Counted from the stretch's first letter, positions 24,186-34,631 are shown. The stretch is 64,000 bases of DNA from Anaerolineae bacterium (GCA_027021705.1 JALUTT010000020.1:591-64590); one strand, 5' to 3'. A program made the numbers and translations. Notes: generated by a model not told the origin, from the sequence alone.

Positions 24186-26260
24186 CGGGGTTTTCCCACA
24201 GGCAACCAGAGGGTAAAAGTGCTTCCTTTCCCAACCTCGCTTTCCACCGTAATGTCGCCGCTGTGCTGGTGCAGGATCTCCCGAACCACCGTCAGCCCTA
24301 GGCCCGCCCCCGGCACCTGGGAGGCCCGAGCCACTCCGCCCCGGTAAAAACGCTCGAAGATGTAGGGGAGTTCATGGGAAGGGATCCCATGGCCGGTATC
24401 CTCTACCGCGACGGTGACCCAGGTTTTGCCCTCCCGCTCCACGGTCGCCGTGCGCAGGGTGATCCGTCCACCTTGAGGCGTGTACTGCAACGCATTGGTC
24501 AGCAGCCGGTGCAACGCCTGCTCGATCTGATCCCTATCGGCCTCGACCAGCGGGAGAGAGGTGGACAGCACCTCTTCCAGAGTGATCCCTGCTTTCTCAG
24601 CCGTATACCGGTGCTGGTCGGCCATCTGCATGACCACCTCGTTGAGATCCAGCGGCTCCATGCGCAGGCGATCCGCGCCCCGTTCGAGCTGGGCGACGGT
24701 CAGCAGGTCCTCAATGAGGTACTCCAGCCGTCTCGTCTCCCGTTCCAAGACCTCCAGGTAGCGCCTCTGGTTCTCCGTCGCCTCCCGCTGCAGAAGCGTC
24801 TGGTAGAGCTTCAGGTTGGTCAGGGGGCTCCGCAGTTCGTGGGAGACCCGGGCGATGAAGCGTTGCTTGAGCTCTTCGACCTCCTTGAGGTGCGTGATGT
24901 CCCGCTGCACCCCCACGAAGCCCGTCACCTTCCCCATAGCATCGGTCACCGGCGCGATGGTGAGGTCCACGTAGTAGAGGGAGCCGTCCTTCCGCCGGTT
25001 GCGCAGTTCTCCTTGCCAGACCTGGCCCTGGGAGATGGTTGTCCACATCTGGTGGTAGAGGACCAGAGGGGTCTCGCCGCTCTGTTGGATCCGGGGGGTG
25101 CGTCCCAGCACCTCCTCGGCCGAGTAGCCGGTCATACGCTCCCAGGCCCGGTTGACGTAGAGGATCGTGCCTTCGGCGTCGGTGAGAAGGATGCCGTCGG
25201 CCGCGTGAGCCAGGATGGCCTCCAGGCGCTCCTTCTCCTGACGCAGTTGGGCGGTGCGCTGGGCGATCAACTCTTCCAACTGTCGGTTGTGGCGTCGGAT
25301 CTCTTCGTAAAGCTGGGCGTTCTCCAGAGCAGCTGCAACCTGGTCGGCGAAGAGGGTCATCGCCGCCAGGTCCCGCTCATGGAGGGTTGACCCGGAGACC
25401 TCGAGGAAGCCGATCACCCGGTCCCGCACCACCAGAGGGGCCGCGATCGCCTGGCGGGTTCCCAGAATCCGAGCCACGTGGGGGGCCAGCGGGCGGAGGT
25501 AGGTGGGCAGGATATTGGCGAGGACTCGCCCGCCATCGGCCACAAAGCAGGCCCGCTGCTCCTCGAAGACCGTCTTGTAGAGGGGGAAGGCCCGCTTGGG
25601 AAAGGTGTAGCCGACGGCCTGGAGCCCCAGGAGACGCTCCGCCGTGCGCAGACGCTTCTGCGAGGTCGAAGTGTAGCGGATGACCAGGTTGTCCCCCTCC
25701 TCGTCCAGCAGGATGATGGCACTGTTGAGACCCAGCCGGCCCAGGTGCTCCTTGACGATCCGGTAGACCGCCTCAGGGGTCCTGGCCATCCGTTGAATGG
25801 CCAGGGTGGCCTGGCTGAGGGCTTGCAGGAAGGCCTCCTGCCGGCGCGCACCGCTCAGATCGCGGAGGTACAAGAAGAAGCACGGCTTCCCTTCTTCCCT
25901 CTGGAAGCAGGAGAGAAGCAGTTCCACGGGCAGGCGCTTCTGCTGGCGGGTCAGGAGCAGTCCAGCGGCGATGATGGGCTCCGGGCAGCTCGTCGTCTCA
26001 TCTTGCAGGAGGCAGCGGCATGCCTCGGCCAGCGTCTTCATCTCTCTTAGCGAGATCAGGTGGCTGACCTCCATACCCATCAGCTCTTCCGGTGAGTAAC
26101 CGCTGAGCTCTGCCATCCGCCGGTTGGCGAAGCAGATGCGCAACTCCTCGTCAACGGCGAGGATAGCTTCACCGGCCTCCTCTACCAGAGCACGGTATAG
26201 GTCGCCCCGGCCACTCTCCAGGGGCTCAGCTTCTCGGTAAAGCATCGTAGGAACCTGCAA
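24182..26260 (-). CDS. PAS-GAF-PAS sensor histidine kinase
   Basis: SHELRSPL, LLTNALQYT, VEDTGHGI, IFERFYR, GAGLGL, GKGSTF. Confidence 0.92.
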   Translation of the reverse strand: MQVPTMLYREAEPLESGRGDLYRALVEEAGEAILAVDEELRICFANRRMAELSGYSPEELMGMEVSHLISLREMKTLAEACRCLLQDETTSCPEPIIAAGLLLTRQQKRLPVELLLSCFQREEGKPCFFLYLRDLSGARRQEAFLQALSQATLAIQRMARTPEAVYRIVKEHLGRLGLNSAIILLDEEGDNLVIRYTSTSQKRLRTAERLLGLQAVGYTFPKRAFPLYKTVFEEQRACFVADGGRVLANILPTYLRPLAPHVARILGTRQAIAAPLVVRDRVIGFLEVSGSTLHERDLAAMTLFADQVAAALENAQLYEEIRRHNRQLEELIAQRTAQLRQEKERLEAILAHAADGILLTDAEGTILYVNRAWERMTGYSAEEVLGRTPRIQQSGETPLVLYHQMWTTISQGQVWQGELRNRRKDGSLYYVDLTIAPVTDAMGKVTGFVGVQRDITHLKEVEELKQRFIARVSHELRSPLTNLKLYQTLLQREATENQRRYLEVLERETRRLEYLIEDLLTVAQLERGADRLRMEPLDLNEVVMQMADQHRYTAEKAGITLEEVLSTSLPLVEADRDQIEQALHRLLTNALQYTPQGGRITLRTATVEREGKTWVTVAVEDTGHGIPSHELPYIFERFYRGGVARASQVPGAGLGLTVVREILHQHSGDITVESEVGKGSTFTLWLPVGKPR

Positions 26261-26270
26261 TCTACTCTCC

Positions 26271-27779
26271 TCAGCCTGTTGTCTGCTGCCTGCCGTTCGC
26301 CATCTGCCGGTAGGCCGTCCGATAGCCTTCCACCGTGGCGGAGATGCGAAATCGAGCCAGGACCGTCTCCCGGCCCCGCCGGCCCAGCGTCAGCCGCAGG
26401 TTGTGGTCGGTCAGCAGGCGCACCATCCCCGCCGCGAAGGCCTCAGGATCCTTGGGGGGGACAATGATGCCCACCCCTTCCAGCGCCTCCCGCACGCCGC
26501 CCACATCGGTGGCGACGACGGGAACCCCACAGGCCATGCTCTCCAGCACCGTGTAAGGAAAACCCTCGGAGATGCTGGAGAGCAGGCTGATGTCGCCCTC
26601 GGTGTAGATGCGATGGGGTTCGCTATGGAAGCCCCCGAACTCAAAGCGCTCTTCCAAGCCCAGCTCAGCCACCAGGTCCCGACACTCCTGGACGTAGAGA
26701 GGGTCGGCCCGGAGCGAACCGTAGACGATCACCTTCAGGTCAGGGACCTCGCGCCGGGCAAGAGCCGTGGCCCGGATCATCGTCTTGATGTCCTTGATGG
26801 GTGTGACGCGGGCGGCGGCCACGGCGACGGGAAGGTCCCGGTGCTTCGCCGGCTTGGGGGCCGGGCGGAAGCGTCCGGGGTCCACACCGTTGTGGATGGT
26901 GACCACCCGCCGGGGGTCCGCCCCCAGAGGGACCTCCCAACGGCGGTTGAAGTTGGCCACGGGCGAGACCTGGTCGGCGAAGGCGTAGTTGAGCCGGGAG
27001 AAGAAGAGGGCCAGGTTGATGAGAAAGCGCTTGGCGAAGAAGGTGAAGTCCGTGGCGGAGACGGCGATGTACCGCTCTCGGGCGTAGACCCCGTGATCGG
27101 TGACAATGAAGGGCGTGCCGTACTCGAACTTGGCGATGATGCCCGCCAGGCCGCAGGAAGCGGCGACGGTGGTGTGCACGATGTCGGTCCTCGGCACCGG
27201 CGCGTTGAGGGGCATCAGCATGTTGTAGAGCCAGCGCAGGGCCGTCGTCAGGTCGAAAGCGTTGGGCACTTCATCCCCTCGAAAGGCCCCCGGATGCTCT
27301 CGGTAAGATCGCAGCGTTTCTTCCTTGAAGACCTCCCACGTCTGCTGAGACTTGAAGGTGAGGTTGTAGTCGTACTCTTGGAAGTAGCGGTAGAGACCGT
27401 GGATAACCAGCCCGTAGTCAGTGACGCTCGTCTCCCGCACTTCTACCCCCTCCAGGAAGCGGCGGAAGAGGGGGATGAAGCGTTGGGCGATTACTTCCTC
27501 GGTCGTCGCTCGCTTGCGGCGGTAGATCTGCGCGAAAGGCAAGTCGGCCAGGATGTATTCGGCCGGCCCCTCGGTCCCCCACAGGGGGATGTGGATGACC
27601 CGCCGCACATTGGCCGGCAGGTCGTACCGATAGGCGACGTTGGGAGTGCCGGTGACGGCGTAGAGGGTGAAGTCCACCTCGGGCAACCCCCGGATCAGGA
27701 TGTCGCACCAGGTGGAAACGCCACCACCGGCGAACGGATACGTTCCTTCTGTAGCCAGAAGCACCGAAAGCTGGCTCAT
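26271..27779 (-). CDS. pelF: PelF-type GT4 glycosyltransferase (DUF3492 + GT-B)
   Basis: LLATEGTYPFAGGGVSTW, VTDHGVYARER, ARVTPIKDIKTMI, SISEGFPYTVLESM. Start set at ATG 27779. Confidence 0.85.
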   Translation of the reverse strand: MSQLSVLLATEGTYPFAGGGVSTWCDILIRGLPEVDFTLYAVTGTPNVAYRYDLPANVRRVIHIPLWGTEGPAEYILADLPFAQIYRRKRATTEEVIAQRFIPLFRRFLEGVEVRETSVTDYGLVIHGLYRYFQEYDYNLTFKSQQTWEVFKEETLRSYREHPGAFRGDEVPNAFDLTTALRWLYNMLMPLNAPVPRTDIVHTTVAASCGLAGIIAKFEYGTPFIVTDHGVYARERYIAVSATDFTFFAKRFLINLALFFSRLNYAFADQVSPVANFNRRWEVPLGADPRRVVTIHNGVDPGRFRPAPKPAKHRDLPVAVAAARVTPIKDIKTMIRATALARREVPDLKVIVYGSLRADPLYVQECRDLVAELGLEERFEFGGFHSEPHRIYTEGDISLLSSISEGFPYTVLESMACGVPVVATDVGGVREALEGVGIIVPPKDPEAFAAGMVRLLTDHNLRLTLGRRGRETVLARFRISATVEGYRTAYRQMANGRQQTTG

Positions 27780-27790
27780 CCTACCCCCCC

Positions 27791-27849
27791 TGCAATTTGC
27801 AATTTGCAATTTGCAATTTGCAATTTGCGATTTGCAACTTGCAACTTGC
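27791..27849. repeat. Heptamer tandem repeat (TGCAATT)x5, TGCGATT, (TGCAACT)x2
   Basis: Read directly; lies between the stop at 27850 and the pelF RBS. Confidence 0.92.
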
Positions 27850-30800
27850 TCACTCTCGGGCCACAACCGGCAGATAGACATCCCAGATGCGAGGTGGTTC
27901 CTGCAAGTCGGTCGCTACCAGAGCGAAGATGGTGAAGTGGTCTATGCTCAGGGTCACAATCCGGCGATAGGTGTCTACCGCGTAGCGCTCTGGGTAGGTC
28001 CAGGCGTTGTTGGTGGTGGAGAAGTAGGCAGGCCGCAGCCGGCGCGTCGAGAACCGCTTCCCCAGCCACCTCTCCTCGTAGCGGAAGCGCAGGAGAACGT
28101 TGCGCCGGAAGGGGCCGGTGATCTGCCGTCCCTGCTCGTCAAAGGCGAAGAGAGCGTAGGCGAAGCCCACGGGGTGGCTGTTCATCGTTTCGGCCAGGCC
28201 AGCCGCCATCGGCGTGATCATCAGCGTCACCGATCCTTCCGTGGAGAGTGCCCCCGGCGGTACGATCACCTGAGAACCATCCTCCAGCGTCACCACCGCC
28301 ATCTCGTCGGGCTCGATCACGACGGTCACCGGGTCGGGCAGACTCTCCGTCTCTAGGAAGAGCTCCATATCCTGGGTCACCACGTCCGTCTCACCCACCC
28401 GGACGACGTAGTCCTCGGTGGTGCGGTAGACGAGCCGACCGCTTCCCGCCGCCCCCAGGTCGTGGTACTCGTAGACCGCCCCCAGCCGCCAGGTGCTCCC
28501 CCGGGTGACGGGCAGGGAGAAGGTGCCGTCGTAGCGAGCCGCCGTCACGGCGTAGGTGCCCTCATCCGACCAGCCCCAGACGCTGGCGTTGTAGAAGGCG
28601 GGCTGTCCGCTCACCCCGTTGAGGCTCAGCCGCCCGACGATGGTGGCATCAGCCTGGCGGAAGGTGAGGGTCACGAAGGCCGACGCCCCTGCCGTCGCCG
28701 TCACCGTCTGGAAGGCGGGCTGGATGTAGCCATAGTCGGCCGGGAGGCTGGCCCCCGTGACGTAGGTGCCCTCGGGGACAGGGATGGAGAAGCGACCGTC
28801 GTCCCCGCTGGCCGCCCCTGTGTGGAGGCGGTCCGTCGTCCCCTCGGCCCAGGCCCAAGCTCCCGGCAGCGGCGAACTCATCGGATCGTAGACGATCCCC
28901 TCAATGCTGGTCTCGGCCGGCACCAGCGTCCAGTCCAGTTGGTAGACCTGCCGCTCCTCCAGGCAGACCCGGGTGTCCGGGTAGGGATTGCTCACGTAGT
29001 CGTCCCCCTCCAACTGGTAGCCCACGTTCCAGCACCCGGCGGCCACCGGCAGGACGTAGGAGCCATCGTGCCGGATGCGGGTGGACTGCCAGGCCCCGTT
29101 CTGACCGCTGGTGGCGTAGACGATGCCCTGCACCTGCCCCCCCGCGCCCCCGCTGCCGGCCTGGAGGTTGGCCGGCTTCTGGAAGCGCCCGACGATGAGG
29201 GTTCTGAGGGGACGGACGGTGATGGTGATCGTCCGCTCCTCGCCCGGACTCAGCGTCACCTGCTGCTCCCCTTCAACGGTGTAGGGCATACCGGGGGGCA
29301 ACCAGACGCCGGCCCAGTAGGGAGTGCCCGAGGGGACCGACAAAGAGAAGCGGCCCCGCCGCACCGGTGCCCCCAGCGTGGGGTTCTCCGACGTCCCCTC
29401 CCGGATGTAGGCCCAGCCGTGGATCCGGGTGAACGGCTTCCCCTCCTCGTCCACCAGCCGCCCCACCAGCCGCGCATCCGTCTCCACCAGAACGAAGTCC
29501 ACGCCGGTGACCACCTGGCCGGCCTGGAGGGCGGCCACCCGCCGGGAGGGTACCTGGGCGGTGAAGGCCGTGCCCTGGACGGCCGGCCCCACGTTCCACC
29601 GCCCCGGCGTCACCGCCAGGTCATACTGGCCGTCGGGCGTCGTCGTCGTGCTCCACCAGGAGCGTCCGTTGCGGGCCCAGGCGTGGACGGGGATGCCGCC
29701 GATCCCTTCTCCCGTGTCGAGGCGGGTCACCCGCCCCCGGATGTGGACGGTCCGCTGGACGAGGGTGAGGGTGCCCAGGTCTCGCACCCTGCCCGTCTTG
29801 ACGGTGATGTGCGGGAGAGGCGGGCTGCCCCATTCCGGGTCGCTGCTGTAGAGGTGGACCTGGTAGGTGCCGGCGACGAGGGGGACGTCGAAGCTGCCAT
29901 CCCCGTTGACGACGACGCCGTTGCCGAAACCGGCGCTGTTCCGTACCTCCACGTAGACGCTCCCCGGCGTCGGCAGGCGGCCATCGGCTCGACGCACTTG
30001 ACCGACAACGTGGGCGGTCGCCGTCGTCACCGTGAAGGGCAGCGTGACGGTGACCTCCGTGGTATCGGTGAGGGGGGTGAAGTCCAGCAGGTGGGGGGGA
30101 TAGCCGTAGAGCCAGTCGGCCACCGTTCCCTCCGACGCAGCGAGGCTCACCTCCCAGCGGCCCGGCCGCAGGTCCAGGCGGTAGGTCCCGTCGCCAGCCG
30201 TCGTCGTCGCCACCCAGGCCGTCTCCCCTTGAGCCACGGCGTTGACCCGAACGTTGGGCAGGGGGGAACCATCCTCCCGGCGCACGGTGCCCACGACGTG
30301 CTTGGGCGCGGCCAGGAACTGGACGTTCACGGTGATGGGGCTGCTGCCCGTGAGGGTGACCGGCACCGGCCCGGGCGCGAGCATCCCACCGCTACCCCAA
30401 GGGGCGAAGACCTCCAGTTGGTAGCTGCCGTCGGGGATGCCACCGCCCAGCCGATAGAGACCGTTCTGATCGGTGCCCCCGCTCCAGCGGGTTGAGCCAT
30501 CGGTCGTGCGCAACTCCACGCCCGCCCCCCTCACCGGCTGCCCCTGGGGATCGGTCACCGTCCCCTGTACCCGCACCCGGGTGAGCTGGAAGTGACGGAC
30601 CAGGGGGATCCCGTCGTTCACGGTGACCGTCTGGGGGGCCGAAGTCGCCCAGCCGGAGCCGGTGGGCGGGTAGGCGGTGAGGGTGTAGGTGCCGTCCGGC
30701 AGCCCCCCGACGCGGTATTGGCCGGAAGCGTCGGTCACCCCTCCCCGCCGAAAGGTGCCATCGCTGCGGACCGCCTCAACGAAGGCCCCCGCCACCATTT

Positions 30801-32172
30801 GGCCGTCGGGGTCCATCACCGTCCCCTGAATCTGCGGGAAGGTCAGGCGGACGACGCCGATGTCGTTGGTCGAGCCGTCGGCGTAGACTTCCACCGTCCG
30901 GCGGAGGGAGGGGGTGTCGGTGGAGCCGGCCGGAGGGAAGGCTTCCAGCGTGTAGAGGCCGGCCGGGAGCCCGCCGATGTAGAAGGACCCGTCGGCGTTG
31001 GTCGTCACCCCCTGGGAGAGGTTGCTGCCCTGCTGGAAGACCATCACGTATCCGCCCCGGACGGGGTTGCCGTTGCTGTCCTGCAACCGGCCTTGGACCT
31101 GGGCGTAGCGGAGGGTCAGGTCGCCGGCGTTCAGCGTCGTCCCCGGCGTCAGCAAGACGGTCTGGGGCTCGGAGCCGGCATAGGGGGCCCCGGTCGGGGG
31201 GAAGGCTTCCAGGATGTAGGCCCCGGCGGGGAGCCGATCTATGCGGAAGACGCCCTCGTCGTTGGCCAGGGCCACCTCGCTCACCGTCCAGTCGGCGTTG
31301 TGGACCCAGACGGCGGCCCCGGGGGCCAGGCCGTTGGTCGTCGGGTAGCGAACGGTTCCCGTGACCTCCGGGATGGTCAGCGAGAGAGTGCCCACGTCCA
31401 CCGGCACCGTCACGTCGGTGATGGTGAAGGTCTGGGTGTAGGAGCGGGCGTAGGGGGCATCGCCGGGCAGGGCTTCGATGGTGTAGGTCCCCGTCACCAG
31501 CCCCCCGACGCGGAAGGAGGCATCGCCCTTGTCCACGCCGGCCGTGCGCAGGACGCTCTGGTCGGCGTTGTAGATGAGCACGCCGGTGGTGGTGATCACC
31601 TCACCGGCAGGCCCCCGCACCAGCCCCTGCACGTTGATGGTCGTGACGGTCAGGTCCCGGGTCACCGGGTTGGTGCCGTCCACGGTGACGCTGAGGGGGA
31701 CAGAGGCGGCCAGGGTGGTGGTCGGTGGGTAGGCGATGAGGGTGTAGGTGCCGGCCGCCACGTTGGGGATCTGGTACGCACCACTCCCATCAGCCGTGTC
31801 GCTGGCCACCGGGTCGTTCCGGTCGTCGTAGAGTTCGACGAAGGCCCCGCCCAGCGGTGTCGTCCCGTCGGGCTCGTAGACGGTGCCTTGGATGGTACTG
31901 CCGCCGTTCATCGCCGTCAGGTTGCTCGGGAGCGGGACCGCCTGGTAGAGGGGAACCTCCCTCCAGCCAGGGGGCGGGGAGAGGTCCCGATACCAGGCCC
32001 CGGGGCCGGACCGAGGCGTCGTCTTCAGCGCCACGTGAGGTGTCCTAGGCCCTTCCCCCGCCGCCCCGGAGAGGAAGAGGGCCGATGCGAAGGGGAAGGC
32101 CTGTCCTGCCGGTACCCCGATGAGCGAACCCAACAGCAGTGCGGTCAACACCCCCCACCATAGCCTTCTCAT
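27850..32172 (-). CDS. Large secreted protein with many carboxypeptidase-regulatory-like beta-sandwich repeats and a C-terminal VYLPVVAR tail (adhesin/surface protein)
   Basis: Signal peptide; recurring I/VxGxVxDxxGxPVxGAxV...TDxxGxY..LPxGxYTL; ZU5-like VIVPPGAL near the C-terminus. Confidence 0.85.
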   Translation of the reverse strand: MRRLWWGVLTALLLGSLIGVPAGQAFPFASALFLSGAAGEGPRTPHVALKTTPRSGPGAWYRDLSPPPGWREVPLYQAVPLPSNLTAMNGGSTIQGTVYEPDGTTPLGGAFVELYDDRNDPVASDTADGSGAYQIPNVAAGTYTLIAYPPTTTLAASVPLSVTVDGTNPVTRDLTVTTINVQGLVRGPAGEVITTTGVLIYNADQSVLRTAGVDKGDASFRVGGLVTGTYTIEALPGDAPYARSYTQTFTITDVTVPVDVGTLSLTIPEVTGTVRYPTTNGLAPGAAVWVHNADWTVSEVALANDEGVFRIDRLPAGAYILEAFPPTGAPYAGSEPQTVLLTPGTTLNAGDLTLRYAQVQGRLQDSNGNPVRGGYVMVFQQGSNLSQGVTTNADGSFYIGGLPAGLYTLEAFPPAGSTDTPSLRRTVEVYADGSTNDIGVVRLTFPQIQGTVMDPDGQMVAGAFVEAVRSDGTFRRGGVTDASGQYRVGGLPDGTYTLTAYPPTGSGWATSAPQTVTVNDGIPLVRHFQLTRVRVQGTVTDPQGQPVRGAGVELRTTDGSTRWSGGTDQNGLYRLGGGIPDGSYQLEVFAPWGSGGMLAPGPVPVTLTGSSPITVNVQFLAAPKHVVGTVRREDGSPLPNVRVNAVAQGETAWVATTTAGDGTYRLDLRPGRWEVSLAASEGTVADWLYGYPPHLLDFTPLTDTTEVTVTLPFTVTTATAHVVGQVRRADGRLPTPGSVYVEVRNSAGFGNGVVVNGDGSFDVPLVAGTYQVHLYSSDPEWGSPPLPHITVKTGRVRDLGTLTLVQRTVHIRGRVTRLDTGEGIGGIPVHAWARNGRSWWSTTTTPDGQYDLAVTPGRWNVGPAVQGTAFTAQVPSRRVAALQAGQVVTGVDFVLVETDARLVGRLVDEEGKPFTRIHGWAYIREGTSENPTLGAPVRRGRFSLSVPSGTPYWAGVWLPPGMPYTVEGEQQVTLSPGEERTITITVRPLRTLIVGRFQKPANLQAGSGGAGGQVQGIVYATSGQNGAWQSTRIRHDGSYVLPVAAGCWNVGYQLEGDDYVSNPYPDTRVCLEERQVYQLDWTLVPAETSIEGIVYDPMSSPLPGAWAWAEGTTDRLHTGAASGDDGRFSIPVPEGTYVTGASLPADYGYIQPAFQTVTATAGASAFVTLTFRQADATIVGRLSLNGVSGQPAFYNASVWGWSDEGTYAVTAARYDGTFSLPVTRGSTWRLGAVYEYHDLGAAGSGRLVYRTTEDYVVRVGETDVVTQDMELFLETESLPDPVTVVIEPDEMAVVTLEDGSQVIVPPGALSTEGSVTLMITPMAAGLAETMNSHPVGFAYALFAFDEQGRQITGPFRRNVLLRFRYEERWLGKRFSTRRLRPAYFSTTNNAWTYPERYAVDTYRRIVTLSIDHFTIFALVATDLQEPPRIWDVYLPVVARE

Positions 32173-32244
32173 CCCACCTTCTCCTCGTCTATGTCACGCA
32201 CCATCCTGCCTTCTCCCTCCCCGTCTTGGCTGCGGTTCCCCATC

Positions 32245-33054
32245 CTACCTTGTCCCTCTTGCCCGTGTCATCGCCAAGGTAGCGTCAATCAGTTCGTAGA
32301 GGCTTTCGGCGTACTCGATGTGCTTCAGCACTTCGGCAAAGCGCAGGTGGTCTGGATCGTTGATCCCCAGCGTCTCCTCCAGCGTCTCCGCGACCACCGT
32401 TTCCACCCGTCCGCCGTTCTGCACGATCTCCTCGATCACGTCGGTCAGGTAATACTCTCCCTGGGCGTTGTCGTTGCGCAGGCGCTCCAAGGCCCCCAGC
32501 AACGCTTGATTGTCGAAACAGTACATCCCCACGTTGACCTCACGGATCGCCCGCTCCTCGGGCGTGGCATCCCGAACCTCGACGACACGGAGGACCTGCC
32601 CCGATTCATCGCGGACGATGCGCCCGAAGTCGGGAGGGTTGTCCAGGACGATGGTCAGCAGGACCGCCTTGACCTCGCCCTGGCAGGTCTCGATCAGCCG
32701 CCGGATGGTGCGGGGGTTGATGAGGGGCATATCCCCGTAGAGGACGAGCACTCGGCCCCGAAAGCCCTGGAGGTAGGGGCGGGCCATCATCACGGCGTGG
32801 CCGGTGCCCAACTGCTTCTCTTGGATGGTGTAGCGAAGGCGCAGCTCCGGCACCACCTGCCGGAGATGGTCTATCACCATCTCCCGCTTGTAACCCACGA
32901 CGACGATGATCTCTCCGATGCCCAAGGCGTGGACCCGCTCGACCACGTGTTGGATCATCGTCTTGCCGTCCACCGTGTGGAGCACCTTGGGCAGTTCTGA
33001 CCGCATCCGGGTGCCTTTGCCCGCTGCCAGGATAACGGCCTTGACATTCTTCAT
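32245..33054 (-). CDS. GlmU-like N-acetylhexosamine-1-P uridyltransferase (pyrophosphorylase domain only)
   Basis: VILAAGKGTRMRSELPKVLH, QLGTGHAV, LYGDMPL, NAQGEYYLTD; no hexapeptide acetyltransferase domain. Confidence 0.88.
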   Translation of the reverse strand: MKNVKAVILAAGKGTRMRSELPKVLHTVDGKTMIQHVVERVHALGIGEIIVVVGYKREMVIDHLRQVVPELRLRYTIQEKQLGTGHAVMMARPYLQGFRGRVLVLYGDMPLINPRTIRRLIETCQGEVKAVLLTIVLDNPPDFGRIVRDESGQVLRVVEVRDATPEERAIREVNVGMYCFDNQALLGALERLRNDNAQGEYYLTDVIEEIVQNGGRVETVVAETLEETLGINDPDHLRFAEVLKHIEYAESLYELIDATLAMTRARGTR

Positions 33055-33899
33055 CGTGCTTCTCCCAACATCGCCAGAGCAAAGGGTTGTCTGCCGTTGG
33101 ACGACATTGTCCTTGAGCTCTCCGCCCTAGGTGGGGCGTCCCCCATCAAGGCCACAGGGCTCCCCCGCTCCTCCACGACCCCCTGGTAGAGCCGCTCGAT
33201 CCGCCCGATCACCCGCTGCCAGTCGTACCGCTCGGCGATACGCCGGCAGCGGTCGGAGAGCCAGACCCGCTGAGACGGATCGGTAACATAGTCCAGCAGG
33301 AAGACGATCCGCTCCACCATCTCCAGGCCCATCCGCTCCGGCGAGGGGTCCAGGCGGGCCAGCATACCGATGGGGCCCAACTCGAGGGCGATCCGGTCCA
33401 AGATGGGGCGCAGGCCGCCGGCGTAGGGGGCAACGGGGAGCAGGCCGCTGGCCAGGGCTTCGACGCTCACCAGGGGGAAGGCTTCCTTGACCAAGGAGGG
33501 GACAACGTTCAGGTCGGCCAGCCGGAGCAGTTGGGCCACATCCTGGGGGGCCTGACCGCCGAGGAAGAGAACACGCCGGGTCAGACCCACCTGCCGGGCC
33601 CGCTGCCGGTAGAGGTCTAGGTTCAGGCTGGCCCAGAACTCGGACAGGTAGCGGATGTAGCGATTCGGGTAGGGCACCCCCCCACTGATGGCGATGGCCC
33701 TCGCCGCACCATCCAGGTCGCCTTGATCGAGGGCAGCGACCATCCGTTCCATATGGGGTCGGACCACACCGTCCCCGATGAGCAACAGATGCGCGGACGG
33801 CATCTGTGCGGCAATCTCAGGCATTGCCGCGATCAGCAGGTGAACGCCTTTGTCCAGCGAGATTTTACCCACGTATGCAATCCAGTGCGCTCTCACCAT
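33051..33899 (-). CDS. GT4 glycosyltransferase, C-terminal half
   Basis: YVGKISLDKGV, VVPSLVKEAFPLVSVEALASG; own GAGGAGG RBS before ATG 33899. Confidence 0.82.
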   Translation of the reverse strand: MVRAHWIAYVGKISLDKGVHLLIAAMPEIAAQMPSAHLLLIGDGVVRPHMERMVAALDQGDLDGAARAIAISGGVPYPNRYIRYLSEFWASLNLDLYRQRARQVGLTRRVLFLGGQAPQDVAQLLRLADLNVVPSLVKEAFPLVSVEALASGLLPVAPYAGGLRPILDRIALELGPIGMLARLDPSPERMGLEMVERIVFLLDYVTDPSQRVWLSDRCRRIAERYDWQRVIGRIERLYQGVVEERGSPVALMGDAPPRAESSRTMSSNGRQPFALAMLGEAR

Positions 33900-33959
33900 C
33901 ACACCTCCTCACGATCTACTGCGCACACGCAACCCACAACAGAGAACACAAGACACGCT

Positions 33960-34616
33960 TTACGCCGGCCTGAAGAGCCGGGTATCCACCCCCACCGGCA
34001 CCTCCACGATGCGGGCCTGGGGGCAGAGGGCCAGCGTTCGCTCTCGCACATCCTCGTTGAGGACGATCACCCGATCGGCCTTTCGCAGTCCCCGTTCGGC
34101 GTAGGGACGGTAGCGCGGGTCGGGCACCACGACGTATTCGATGGTGCTCCCGTGCACCGTGACCACGTAGGGGATCCCTGTCTGCTCCTTCACTAGCCAG
34201 GCCACGTAGGGCATCAGGATCACGTGGTTGGCGTGCAGGATCTCCAGCCGATGGCGCAGGACGACGTCGGTCACCTGGTCGGCCAGGTCGGCCACGTAGG
34301 CTTCGATCTCCTCATCGCTCAATTGGGTGAAGAGCGGGCGCTCCGGAGCCTCGGCCCGAGGGTAGGCGACCGGAGCCTGCCCCTCCAGCAGGTGGAGCCA
34401 GCAGCGGGGGGAGGGCCGGCGCTGGAAAAGGGTCTGCACCCGACTGCCTCGTCCCCGATAGGCGGCCTCGACGAAGCTGTGTCGCTCCGGCTCGGGTTCC
34501 CAGCAAAGGATCCCCACGTTGTGCCCCAGGGCACAGAGCCCCTGGGCCAGTCGGGTGACGTAGATACCGCTCCCCGAACCCAGGAGACTGTACTGGTACA
34601 GGATGCCGATGCGCAT
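33960..34616 (-). CDS. GT4 glycosyltransferase, N-terminal half
   Basis: MRIGIL..GSGSGIYV, ILHANH, VVTVHGS; ends at the linker VPVGVDTRLFRPA*. Confidence 0.82.
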   Translation of the reverse strand: MRIGILYQYSLLGSGSGIYVTRLAQGLCALGHNVGILCWEPEPERHSFVEAAYRGRGSRVQTLFQRRPSPRCWLHLLEGQAPVAYPRAEAPERPLFTQLSDEEIEAYVADLADQVTDVVLRHRLEILHANHVILMPYVAWLVKEQTGIPYVVTVHGSTIEYVVVPDPRYRPYAERGLRKADRVIVLNEDVRERTLALCPQARIVEVPVGVDTRLFRPA

Positions 34617-34631
34617 AGAAGTACCCTCTCC

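Noticed and set aside
33903-33962. Stop-codon readthrough or selenocysteine joining the split GT4
   Set aside because: Two in-frame stops (TAA and TGA) and a separate RBS for the second half.
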